Below, piece by piece: positions 1-8,745 of a DNA stretch of 16,076 bases. Location: the IMG/VR virus record IMGVR_UViG_3300028454_001165, positions 64,001 through 80,076 of that record; one strand, written 5' to 3'. A program made the position numbers and the translations under genes. How positions within the stretch are numbered: the stretch's first letter is position 1; each line of letters opens with the position of its first letter. The DNA is from a virus (taxonomy: Duplodnaviria; Heunggongvirae; Uroviricota; Caudoviricetes). The notes under the pieces are model-generated. The model worked only from the letters and a program-made list of their open reading frames with translations. It was not told the DNA's origin and searched no databases.

Positions 1-1
1 C

Positions 2-2728
2 GCAGATGGGCTTGAGGGTCTTGGAACAGGACTTCAGGCATTTGCCAATGAAACGAAGGATCTGGATCAGGGCGTGGTCGAAAAGGCTGCCGCATGTGCG
101 GAAATCGTTATAGCTTTCTCACAGGAGGTTCCCAGCTCCGGCGGACTATGGCAGCTTATTGCCGGTGAGAAAAATCTCAAAGAATTCGGAATTCAGCTTG
201 CCGGTTTCGGAGCGTCGTTATATACGTTTGCGAAAGAGACGACGGACCTCCCGAAGGATGTGATCGAGAATGCCGCTGCCTGCGCTGATGTTATCATTGC
301 CTTTGCTAAGGATATTCCAAGCAATGGCAGTACGGTTTTGAAGTGGCTCATTGGTGAGAAGAATATTGGCGTTTTTGGCAATCAACTTTCATGGTTTGGT
401 TCTGGCCTTGCAAAATTTGCTGAACAGACAAAAGACATTAAAAGCGATGTTGTTGAAAACGCGGCTCTTTGTGCTGATACTGTTATCGCATTCGCCAAAG
501 AGATCCCGAATCAGTCCAACAGCTGGTTCTCCGTGCTTCTTCGCGGAGATACCTCTATGGAGACATTCGGAACGAATCTGGAAGCCTTCGCGTATTCGTT
601 TCTTGTATATGCCAAGTATATGGAACAGATAAACTTTGACGCGGTGACGAATACAAGCGACGCAGTTTCCGCAATTATAGAAATCGCAGGGTCGGTAGGC
701 GAAATAGCGAAGATCAAAGACGCGAATTTGGATAAGTTCGGTTCAAATCTTGAAAAATTCGGAAAGAAATTCAAAGCGTACTATGATAAGGTTGTCGATA
801 TCGATACGATAAAGGCAAACAATATTGCCAATGCCATTTCGAACACGATAGACGCGTTTGTCGGGACGGACGATCAGAAGCTGCTCTCCAAGGTCGAAGC
901 GATGGGAGAGAAAGTGCTGACGGGGATCACGGATCTGTTCGGTAAGGACGATTCCAAAAAGCAAACGCAGACAGCCGCCGGAAAACTGATCGAATACATC
1001 GCGGACAAGTTTGCGGATGAAGATTCCGTCAGCAAGGTCGGGAAGAAAATCTCGAAGATGGTCTCCGACGCGATTTTGAAGAACGACGTGAGCGAAAGCC
1101 TGAAAAAGGCCGGAGCTGATATTATCGACATGATCGGCAGCGGCATCACGGCGGAGGTCGACAAGGAAGAAACCGGACTGAAAGCGGTTGTCGCCGGGAA
1201 GATCCGGGGAATCGCAGGCATCTTCACAAATCAGGATTCCCAAGATACTCTCGTGCAAAAGGGAAAGGACATGATCGGATATGTTCGGCGCGGAATGTTC
1301 CCGGAAGGGGGATCTCAGAGCTGGATCGATTCGATCGTATCCTTCATCAACTGGGTAGCTTCCGAGATCAAGAGCCACACCGATGTGATGGCGGATGCAG
1401 GGGCCGCTCTTTCAAATTCTGTCATGTCCGGGATGAATTCCGTGGATATGTCGGGATCGGCGAAAACGCTTGGCGATAATTTTGTAGCGGGTTTTACGAA
1501 CAGCATTAATGACGGTACGGCCTTGGTTCAGCAGGCGGCGACAAAACTTGCGAGTACCCCGGTGAAGACAATAAAAACGGAGCTTGACATCCGGTCTCCG
1601 TCAAGGGTGGCTTATGCGCTCGGCTTGTTCTTCGACGAAGGTCTTGCCAACGGTGTCTTTTCCGGGATTCCGGGAGTAGGCGATAAGATTCTCGAACTTA
1701 CTGAATTTATAAAGGATAAAGCAAATTCCTATCTCAGCGATTCGAGCTTTATGGAGATCATAAAGGGGTCCGGTTTCGACCTTGCTTCCATGTTCGGAGA
1801 CGGTATCTACACATGGATCGAAACAGGGTCGATGGATGATTTCGGAAGCGACATTCCCGAACAGCTTCTTGCCGGATTCAAGGGATACGTGGAGGACGGA
1901 TCTGTTGCCGAAGCGACTTCGATGGTGACGGATGACATCAGCGAAGCGTTTGATGCGTTCTCGTACACCTCATATGAGAGCGGCCTTGATGGCGGAACGT
2001 CATATGGCACAGGCTATATCGAGGGAGTGACAACCACTCTTGAAGGCGCAGTACCGGTTCTCGAATCATCGAGCGAAATCGTTGCGGACGCGGTAGCCAC
2101 GCCGATCGAGGAACGAATGACGGAGGTTCTCAGCTATGCGGAATGGCTTGCGAAGGAATACCCGGAGGGGGTTACAACAGTCACTCCGGTTTACGATTTC
2201 GACGATCTGAAGCTGCAGGCCGGAGAACTGGAAGGCATTCTGACGGCGTTCGATATGGCGGATGACCACGGCAAGAGAATGATGATCCGCGAGCAGGGAG
2301 CCGATTTTCAAAATGAAGCTCTGGCGAACCTTCTGACGAGATACTGGAACGAAGAACCGATCCGGGAAGAAAACCGTCAGAGGTCGCTGAACGCGCTGAC
2401 CGGCTATCAGGCATATCTGGCGGAGCAGAAGGAGCTTACACAGGCACAGACTGCCGTACAGCAGAGCGCTTACACGGAGATTCAGCAGACGGCAACGGAG
2501 ATCTCGGAAAACGAACAGGCGCATTACGAGCAGTCGAACGCAGCGCTTGAAGAGATCAAGATGAATGTGCTGTCCATCCGCCAGGAACTTGACGGCGTAC
2601 ACGCAGACATCAACCGGATCGCAGAGATGAACGTCTACATCGACAGTGACGCGCTGGTCGGTGCGACGGCAGAGAAATACGATGAAGCCTTCGGCAATAT
2701 GACTACACTTGTGGGGAGGGGGATCTGA
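2..2728 (+). CDS. Phage tail tape measure protein, 5'-truncated by the window
   Basis: The frame is open from base 2 (ADGLEGLGTGLQAFANETKD...), so the track's GTG at 74 is not the true start. Ala/Gly-rich amphipathic repeats, the TMP-typical motif LDIRSPSRV (cf. LGIHSPSRV), and position directly upstream of Dit. Stop overlaps the next ATG (TGATG). Confidence 0.88.
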   Translation, partial: ADGLEGLGTGLQAFANETKDLDQGVVEKAAACAEIVIAFSQEVPSSGGLWQLIAGEKNLKEFGIQLAGFGASLYTFAKETTDLPKDVIENAAACADVIIAFAKDIPSNGSTVLKWLIGEKNIGVFGNQLSWFGSGLAKFAEQTKDIKSDVVENAALCADTVIAFAKEIPNQSNSWFSVLLRGDTSMETFGTNLEAFAYSFLVYAKYMEQINFDAVTNTSDAVSAIIEIAGSVGEIAKIKDANLDKFGSNLEKFGKKFKAYYDKVVDIDTIKANNIANAISNTIDAFVGTDDQKLLSKVEAMGEKVLTGITDLFGKDDSKKQTQTAAGKLIEYIADKFADEDSVSKVGKKISKMVSDAILKNDVSESLKKAGADIIDMIGSGITAEVDKEETGLKAVVAGKIRGIAGIFTNQDSQDTLVQKGKDMIGYVRRGMFPEGGSQSWIDSIVSFINWVASEIKSHTDVMADAGAALSNSVMSGMNSVDMSGSAKTLGDNFVAGFTNSINDGTALVQQAATKLASTPVKTIKTELDIRSPSRVAYALGLFFDEGLANGVFSGIPGVGDKILELTEFIKDKANSYLSDSSFMEIIKGSGFDLASMFGDGIYTWIETGSMDDFGSDIPEQLLAGFKGYVEDGSVAEATSMVTDDISEAFDAFSYTSYESGLDGGTSYGTGYIEGVTTTLEGAVPVLESSSEIVADAVATPIEERMTEVLSYAEWLAKEYPEGVTTVTPVYDFDDLKLQAGELEGILTAFDMADDHGKRMMIREQGADFQNEALANLLTRYWNEEPIREENRQRSLNALTGYQAYLAEQKELTQAQTAVQQSAYTEIQQTATEISENEQAHYEQSNAALEEIKMNVLSIRQELDGVHADINRIAEMNVYIDSDALVGATAEKYDEAFGNMTTLVGRGI
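41..850 (+). repeat. Tandem ~62-64 aa protein repeats in the tape measure protein
   Basis: Units begin FANETKD, FAKETTD, FAEQTKD (62, 63, 64 aa) and share V(V/I)E(K/N)AAxCA..VIAF..(E/D)(V/I)P and FGxxL..F. Two more degenerate units follow (YAKYMEQ, YYDKVVD). Confidence 0.8.
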
Positions 2729-3186
2729 TGTATCATTCCATAACATTCGGCAACAAGAACACATACTCGGACTGGCATCTGGTTCCCTCTTCCCGTCCGG
2801 TTGTCGATCCGCCGAAACCGAAGACACAGTATGTGGATATTCCCGGCGCGGACGGTTCCATCGACTTGACGGAATCCCTCGCCGGGAGACCGGTTTTCTC
2901 GGATCGGCAGGGAAGTTTTGAATTCATTGTTTTGAACGATTTTAACCTCGACAACTATTCTTACGATTGGAACAGCGTATATACGGCCGTCTTATCCTAT
3001 CTGCACGGGAAACGGATGCGGATGGTGCTTGAAGACGATCCGACATATTTTTACGAAGGGCGGTTCAGCGTCAATGGCTGGAAGAGCGATGCGAATAACT
3101 CGAAGATCACGATAGATTATGTCGTGGGGCCTTATAAGTACCCCGTCTCGAACGGAGCAAACGACTATACGGGAGGGATCCTCTGA
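2728..3186 (+). CDS. Distal tail protein (Dit)-like
   Basis: 152 aa with the siphophage Dit-like N-terminus (SITFGNKNTYSDWHL...VDIPGADGSIDLTE), between TMP and Tal, with TGATG overlaps at both ends. Confidence 0.78.
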   Translation: MYHSITFGNKNTYSDWHLVPSSRPVVDPPKPKTQYVDIPGADGSIDLTESLAGRPVFSDRQGSFEFIVLNDFNLDNYSYDWNSVYTAVLSYLHGKRMRMVLEDDPTYFYEGRFSVNGWKSDANNSKITIDYVVGPYKYPVSNGANDYTGGIL

Positions 3187-5921
3187 TGTATCAGATTTAC
3201 GCGGATAACACTCTTATCTATGACGATACGAGTTCCGATCCGTATATCAAAGTTGCGTCCCCGTCTTTGACGATGGAGGAAAGCGCGGCGGGATCTCTCA
3301 GGATGACGCTTCCTCCGGGAAACGCCGGATATGAAGCGATTGTCCGGATGGCGACGGAGATCGTCGTCAAAAAGGATGGAGATGAGATCTGGTCTGGACG
3401 GGCGCTTCAGGAAACCAAGGATTTCTGGAATCAAAGGCAGCTCGTCTGCGAAGGCGCGCTTGCCTATCTCAACGACACGACGCAGCCGCCGCACGCTTAC
3501 AGCTATTCCGGCGGAACGGCAGTCCGTCAATATTTGTCCGCGCTTCTGACCGTTCACAATGCGAATGTTCCGGCTTCGAAGCAGTTTACACTCGGCGCGG
3601 TCACGGTGACCGGGGATATTTCCGTCACGACGAACTACGAGAAGACGATGGAGTGCGTCAACAAGCTGATTCAGGAGTTCGGCGGGAACATGCGGGTGCG
3701 GAAGGAAAACGGCGTCCGCTATCTGGACTATCTGAACACGGAAGCCCGCACCACAACGCAGGCGATCGAGTTCGGAAAGAATCTGATCGATTTCACGAAG
3801 TCGTCCGATTCATCAGACTATGCGACGGTTGTCATTCCTCTCGGAGCGAAGCAGGACGAAGAGATCGAAGGAGTCGACAACTATCTAACCGTCAAGAGCG
3901 TGAACGGCGGGTCGATTTACGTGCAGGCATCGCAAGAAGTGATCAGTCAGTACGGATGGATCGAGACGGTCGTTCATTGGGATGACGAGACCAGCGCGTC
4001 CGCTCTTCTCGCAAAGGGGCAGCAGTATCTGTCGGACATTCAGTTCGACACGATGGTGCTCACCCTTTCCGCTCTGGATCTTCATTATCTGAACGCGGAG
4101 ATCGAAGACGTTCGGGTCGGAGACAGGATCCACGTTATCTCAACGCTTCACGGTATCGACCGGTTCTTTCCGGTGAAAAAGCTGACGATCCCTCTGGATC
4201 AGCCGCAGAATACCGTATTCCAGCTTGGGGACGACGTGAAAGTCAGTCTTACGTCCGTGGCGGGGAAGATCAATACCGAGGTCAAGAAGATGATCGACGA
4301 AGCGGTGGACGAGGACGCGATCCTCAGAGAGGCTCGTGATAACGCCGCCGCGATCATGAATCTGAAGACGAACGGGTTCATCACGATCACGACGGACGAT
4401 TACGGAACCAATGAACTGTACATCTCCGAAGTGCGTCCGATCAAGAACGATCAGGGACAGTTTGTGGCGCAGCGTTTCTGGCGGTTCAATATGAACGGCC
4501 TCGGATACACGGAGGACTACGGCGTAAGCTGGAAAGCCGCGATGTTGATGGACGGATCCATTCTCGGGGAACGGATCGCAGCCGGTTCGATCCACGGGAG
4601 CAAGATCACGGCCGGAACGCTGGCGTTAACGACTGCCGCCGGACAGGAAGCTCTGACGATCGGTCTGACGTCTCGCGGCATGGCGACCGACAGTTTTGAA
4701 ATCGGCGACATCGATCCGAACGACGGCTCCAATGTCAGCTCTACAACTTACGCGAGAAGCAAGTATAAGATCTATCTGAGATCCGGGACTGTTGTAAAGC
4801 TCACAAACGACTCCTACCTTTTTGATCCGATCGAGTATTCCGACAATACGGATGCCGAAAGCGGTTTTGTCCGGGCGTATGGTACGCCTGTGGACAGGAC
4901 GTTTACGGTTCCGTCTACGAACTATTATCGGTTCATTGCGCGCAAGACTTCCGGGGCGACGATCAGCAGCAGCGATCTGACGACTATTGCCGGAGCGTTT
5001 GAAATCGGCGGGACTACTGCGACGATTACGGCTGAAAATCTGCAGATTCTCGGAATGGTGACGTTTACCGATCTTTCGACTTCCGGATCCACGACTATCA
5101 ACGGAGCGAACATCCAGACCGGTACAGTCACGGCGAATAAGCTCAACGTCCGCGGTCTGACTGTAACGAGAGATTCCGACGGGGCAGTTTCATTTGCCAT
5201 CGATGCGAATGGGAATGTAACGATCAACGGCAGCGTCACAATGGGAGCGGGATCGTCTATATCGTGGAGTCAGGTAACAGATGTTCCGAGCACAGTCACC
5301 TATGCTTATGACCATGCTGACGCGGCGTATGATTATGCCGGTGACGCATATCTTCTCGCAGGAAATGCGGGTACCGCTGCAAATGCCGCAAAGACAATCG
5401 CAGCTCAGATTGCGGAGGGTACATATACCGGCACGACGATTGACGGCGTGACTTACACGGGTACGTTTATCAACGGTACGTCGATATTCTCTCCCACGAT
5501 CTATGCGAATGAATTCGTCACGAAACCTCCTACATCTTCCTCCGGGACAAACAATACAGGCGGATTCTTATTGCAGGGGTATTATGGCGGAGTACTCAGG
5601 GATGTTTTCAGAATCTCATTCAACGGAGGAAATACCGTTCCGACGACTTATATGGATGCTTGGGGCGAGCTCGACCTGCCATCCAGCGTCCGCATAAGTG
5701 ACGGTTCAAGTTATGGTGGGTATCTCATGGGCGGAACATCCGCGTCTCTGAGTTCCTATGCAACTCTGCAAGGATATTTCAAGGTAGACGGCGTTCTCAA
5801 TACAGGAGGTGGAGGAAACAATAACGGATACTTGGTGGTACGCAACGGAACCGCTGCGCCTTCCGAATATTTCTCTTCGACACCTCCGCTTGGGACCGTA
5901 TATTTCCAATGGGAATACTAA
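3186..5921 (+). CDS. Tail-associated protein (Tal / prophage tail endopeptidase-like N-terminus, spike/fibre-like C-terminus)
   Basis: 911 aa. The N-terminal ~350 aa resemble the structural Tal/gp27-like region (IEFGKNLIDF, VRVGDRIHV). Contains the spike motif FWRFNMNGLGY...DGSILGERIAAGSIHGSKITAGTL, beta-helix-like T/G-rich segments, a short heptad at 5301-5410, and the fibre-type ending GTAAP...GTVYFQW. Confidence 0.78.
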   Translation: MYQIYADNTLIYDDTSSDPYIKVASPSLTMEESAAGSLRMTLPPGNAGYEAIVRMATEIVVKKDGDEIWSGRALQETKDFWNQRQLVCEGALAYLNDTTQPPHAYSYSGGTAVRQYLSALLTVHNANVPASKQFTLGAVTVTGDISVTTNYEKTMECVNKLIQEFGGNMRVRKENGVRYLDYLNTEARTTTQAIEFGKNLIDFTKSSDSSDYATVVIPLGAKQDEEIEGVDNYLTVKSVNGGSIYVQASQEVISQYGWIETVVHWDDETSASALLAKGQQYLSDIQFDTMVLTLSALDLHYLNAEIEDVRVGDRIHVISTLHGIDRFFPVKKLTIPLDQPQNTVFQLGDDVKVSLTSVAGKINTEVKKMIDEAVDEDAILREARDNAAAIMNLKTNGFITITTDDYGTNELYISEVRPIKNDQGQFVAQRFWRFNMNGLGYTEDYGVSWKAAMLMDGSILGERIAAGSIHGSKITAGTLALTTAAGQEALTIGLTSRGMATDSFEIGDIDPNDGSNVSSTTYARSKYKIYLRSGTVVKLTNDSYLFDPIEYSDNTDAESGFVRAYGTPVDRTFTVPSTNYYRFIARKTSGATISSSDLTTIAGAFEIGGTTATITAENLQILGMVTFTDLSTSGSTTINGANIQTGTVTANKLNVRGLTVTRDSDGAVSFAIDANGNVTINGSVTMGAGSSISWSQVTDVPSTVTYAYDHADAAYDYAGDAYLLAGNAGTAANAAKTIAAQIAEGTYTGTTIDGVTYTGTFINGTSIFSPTIYANEFVTKPPTSSSGTNNTGGFLLQGYYGGVLRDVFRISFNGGNTVPTTYMDAWGELDLPSSVRISDGSSYGGYLMGGTSASLSSYATLQGYFKVDGVLNTGGGGNNNGYLVVRNGTAAPSEYFSSTPPLGTVYFQWEY

Positions 5922-5931
5922 GGGTGAGTAA

Positions 5932-8355
5932 ATGGCATATACAGCTACTTTATGCGATACCGTAACCATCAGCACAAGCGGCGATACTATATGCGGCTCA
6001 CAGGCTGGAACTACATCGTATTCCGGTGACGGGAAGACATACTATATCGCGGCGACATTCAATGCGGTCGGATCCGCCGAACTGAGATTCTTCGGTACAA
6101 CTGTGAGCGGAACGGCTTATGTGAGCGCCTATGCTTCAAACCCAAGCGCGACATTCAATGATTCGACCGGATGGCCGAGCCCGTATATTGTAAACGGAAC
6201 TACGACCGCAATCAGCACAAGCGAAAGAGCACTTGCCGTAACGGTAAATATAACAACATCAGGAACAACCGTTTATTTTTATTTCAGAAATGTACAGCCA
6301 AATGTTGCTGTTCTATTTCCGATCATTCGCTTTACAGAGAGCAGTACGCCGCTGTGGAGTGACGAATACACCAATCTCGGTTATGTCACGTCAAACCACA
6401 CGGAAACGCTGAATTCCACAGACCCATATAAAATCTACTGTTATCGTGCCCGATTCAATACTGGCGGCACGCTTCGGTTCGAACAGCCAAGCGGCGGGCC
6501 ATCCACCTATTTGTTCGTAACCGAAACATACAGCAGCGCGATATACGATCACACGACCGGATTGATTTCTTCGTCCGATTGTCTGGATTGGGCGTGGGGG
6601 CCGAATAATATCGACATTTCGATAGGAAACGGAACAACCCTCTATTTCTGGATCAGGCATTATAACGGCAGCGCAACTTCCGGACTGACTTTCAATCTTC
6701 TTCCTCCGGGAAGCGTATGGGCCACGCACGGATTTGACAGCTCAACGCAAATCACAACTTCAGGAACGTCGTGGAGCGGAAGCGCGGGGGATATACTTGC
6801 AAAACAGGTAGAATATATACCGCTTACGTTCAGTACGGCTGGGAGTTATACGTTCTCCTTTTCTGGCAGCGATGGACTCTACGGATATTTGACGTCAAGC
6901 ACGGCAATTGACAGCAACGGTAATCCGACAAGCGTACTTGCCTCCGATACAAGCGGTTCTTCAAGCGTATCGTTTACTTATACGGTTTCGACCGGAACGA
7001 CATATTATCTGATGTTCCGCACCGGAAACGGATCAGAAAACAGCTATTCGTTCTCCATATCTGTTGCATATAACGGCGGAAGCGGAGGACAATGGCTTCT
7101 GGATCCGTCAGATCTCGGAACACAGTCATCGCAATATTACACTTATCACAGCTATTCTCAATACACGCTTTATAAACGTGTAGTTCGTTTCAGTACGTCT
7201 GGAACGGTTACATTTTATTCTGCAGCGAGCAGCAGCGGCACAGTAGTTGACCCGAAGGGCTGGATCACTACGCATGTATCCGGGAATGATTGTGATGATG
7301 TAAACGGAACGCCTCCGTCTACCGCGACGATTCTTGCTTCCAACGATGACGGGGCTGGCAATCGTCAGTTTACAATGACGGCAACCGTATCGGCAAACAC
7401 ACAGTATGATTTCTGGTTCCGTCTTTGTAATGCTTCCGATTCCGGCTATGGATGGATCTACATTGATCCTCCAAGCGGAGGGGGCAATCAATGGAGTTAT
7501 TCCCAGTTAAGCTCCTTGACGAATCTTTCTGCCCAGACAACAAAAAACGTTACGCTCTCGTCTTGGACGGGTGGGTACTTCGCTGTTACATTCGCATACG
7601 GCGGATCGGCGACGGTCAGCATTCCGAGCGGCGCGAACGCGGATTTGTTTGTGACTTCCGCCGACAACAGCTACGATCCGTCCGACGGGTGCCCGTACAG
7701 CGACAGCGGAGGCAGCAAAGCTACAAGCAGCTCGACGCATACGATCACCGTAACGACCAGCGGAACCTATTATGTGTGGGCAAAAGGAAGCACTTCGTCC
7801 ACACAGGGAAATCTGACCGTCACCATCACGCCGCCGAGTCAGTCGCAGCTTTGGACATTGACGGCAACTGCGGATAAAAGCGTGTCCACGGCTGATGTGT
7901 TCTTCTCTTTTCCGATTACAGCCGGGTACATGTATGTCACGAAAGTCACTTTCTCCCAAGCCGGGACTGTCCGCTTCTATACGACCGGTGGGAATATCCG
8001 TCTCGGATGGCTCACGGCCTATACCGGAAGCGCCGATATAGACCGCACGACCGGAATACCGAGCGGTACGATTCTTGCAAGCGACACAAGCTCCGACGGG
8101 GATATTGATTTTTCATACAGCGTACAAGCTACATCGTACTACTTCTATATAAGGTCGAGCAGCTACAGCGATACGACCCAGCTTAACATATACTTCTCCC
8201 CGCAGCAGTCCTCTTCGTACAGGGTTGTAAAGATCTACACCTCAAGCGGGTGGAAGAACGCGATAGTATGGGTTTATACATCAAGCGGCTGGAAAATAGT
8301 TACGATTCCGTGGATCTACACCTCCAGCGGATGGAAAAAGACTGTCACGCCATAA
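5932..8355 (+). CDS. Large Ser/Thr/Tyr/Gly-rich tail fibre / adhesin-like protein with six tandem beta-sandwich (PPC-like) modules
   Basis: 807 aa, SD AGGGTGA at 5921-5927. Six 120-142 aa modules with recurring F..(A/S/G)G(T/S)..F, D..(T/N)GxP...LAS(N/D), GTxYY(F/L)xxR and PP...W motifs. C-terminal triple YTSSGWK. Directly downstream of Tal. Confidence 0.62.
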   Translation: MAYTATLCDTVTISTSGDTICGSQAGTTSYSGDGKTYYIAATFNAVGSAELRFFGTTVSGTAYVSAYASNPSATFNDSTGWPSPYIVNGTTTAISTSERALAVTVNITTSGTTVYFYFRNVQPNVAVLFPIIRFTESSTPLWSDEYTNLGYVTSNHTETLNSTDPYKIYCYRARFNTGGTLRFEQPSGGPSTYLFVTETYSSAIYDHTTGLISSSDCLDWAWGPNNIDISIGNGTTLYFWIRHYNGSATSGLTFNLLPPGSVWATHGFDSSTQITTSGTSWSGSAGDILAKQVEYIPLTFSTAGSYTFSFSGSDGLYGYLTSSTAIDSNGNPTSVLASDTSGSSSVSFTYTVSTGTTYYLMFRTGNGSENSYSFSISVAYNGGSGGQWLLDPSDLGTQSSQYYTYHSYSQYTLYKRVVRFSTSGTVTFYSAASSSGTVVDPKGWITTHVSGNDCDDVNGTPPSTATILASNDDGAGNRQFTMTATVSANTQYDFWFRLCNASDSGYGWIYIDPPSGGGNQWSYSQLSSLTNLSAQTTKNVTLSSWTGGYFAVTFAYGGSATVSIPSGANADLFVTSADNSYDPSDGCPYSDSGGSKATSSSTHTITVTTSGTYYVWAKGSTSSTQGNLTVTITPPSQSQLWTLTATADKSVSTADVFFSFPITAGYMYVTKVTFSQAGTVRFYTTGGNIRLGWLTAYTGSADIDRTTGIPSGTILASDTSSDGDIDFSYSVQATSYYFYIRSSSYSDTTQLNIYFSPQQSSSYRVVKIYTSSGWKNAIVWVYTSSGWKIVTIPWIYTSSGWKKTVTP
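8233..8337 (+). repeat. Three imperfect 24-nt direct repeats encoding (I/V)YTSSGWK
   Basis: ATCTACACCTCAAGCGGGTGGAAG (8233), GTTTATACATCAAGCGGCTGGAAA (8272), ATCTACACCTCCAGCGGATGGAAA (8314). Spacing 39 and 42 nt; differences are almost all synonymous. Confidence 0.92.
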
Positions 8356-8395
8356 AGACTTCAATAAATATTTCATAAAATCAAAAGGAGAAACT

Positions 8396-8722
8396 ATGAC
8401 TTACGGAGCGCTAAACAATGCCGTGCCTGTGCTGAATAAGCTTGTCTTGCAGAATCTGAGGCTCAGGCAGGCGTATCAGCTGACAAAAATAGCGAAGCGG
8501 GTCAATGACGAGCTCGCTTTTTTTAACGCAAAGTATCAGGAGATCATGAACGGCGACTTCCCTGACGACGAGAAAATCAAAATGATGAACGAGCTTCTGA
8601 ATTTTGAGGTCGAATGGGATGTTGAACCGCTTGTTTTCTCAGTTAACGACGATCTCATTCTGTCTGCTTCCGATCTTGAAATGGGCCGGGGGCTGGTTGA
8701 GATAAGGGAAGAACCAACCTAA
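8396..8722 (+). CDS. Small helical phage protein of the tail region (possible chaperone)
   Basis: 108 aa with SD AAGGAG. The helical pattern LNKLVLQNL.L..AY.L.KIAKRVNDEL resembles small proteins that commonly follow fibre genes in Bacillota phages. Function not assignable. Confidence 0.6.
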   Translation: MTYGALNNAVPVLNKLVLQNLRLRQAYQLTKIAKRVNDELAFFNAKYQEIMNGDFPDDEKIKMMNELLNFEVEWDVEPLVFSVNDDLILSASDLEMGRGLVEIREEPT

Positions 8723-8745
8723 CACAACAAGGAGGATTTTGAGCT

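Noticed and set aside
743-2827. Minus-strand ORFs 743-1378, 874-1227 and 2066-2827, plus similar short overlapping ORFs across the window
   Set aside because: Antisense or out-of-frame shadows of long, well-supported + strand genes, with no motifs.
5780-5921. Possible second VR at the 3' end of Tal (GGGGNNNG) or of the adhesin
   Set aside because: No match to the invariant TR positions (GTTTCTGCG, GCGTCG, GGGGTTCGTCC) was found by eye anywhere except 9474-9559. Targets outside the window cannot be excluded.
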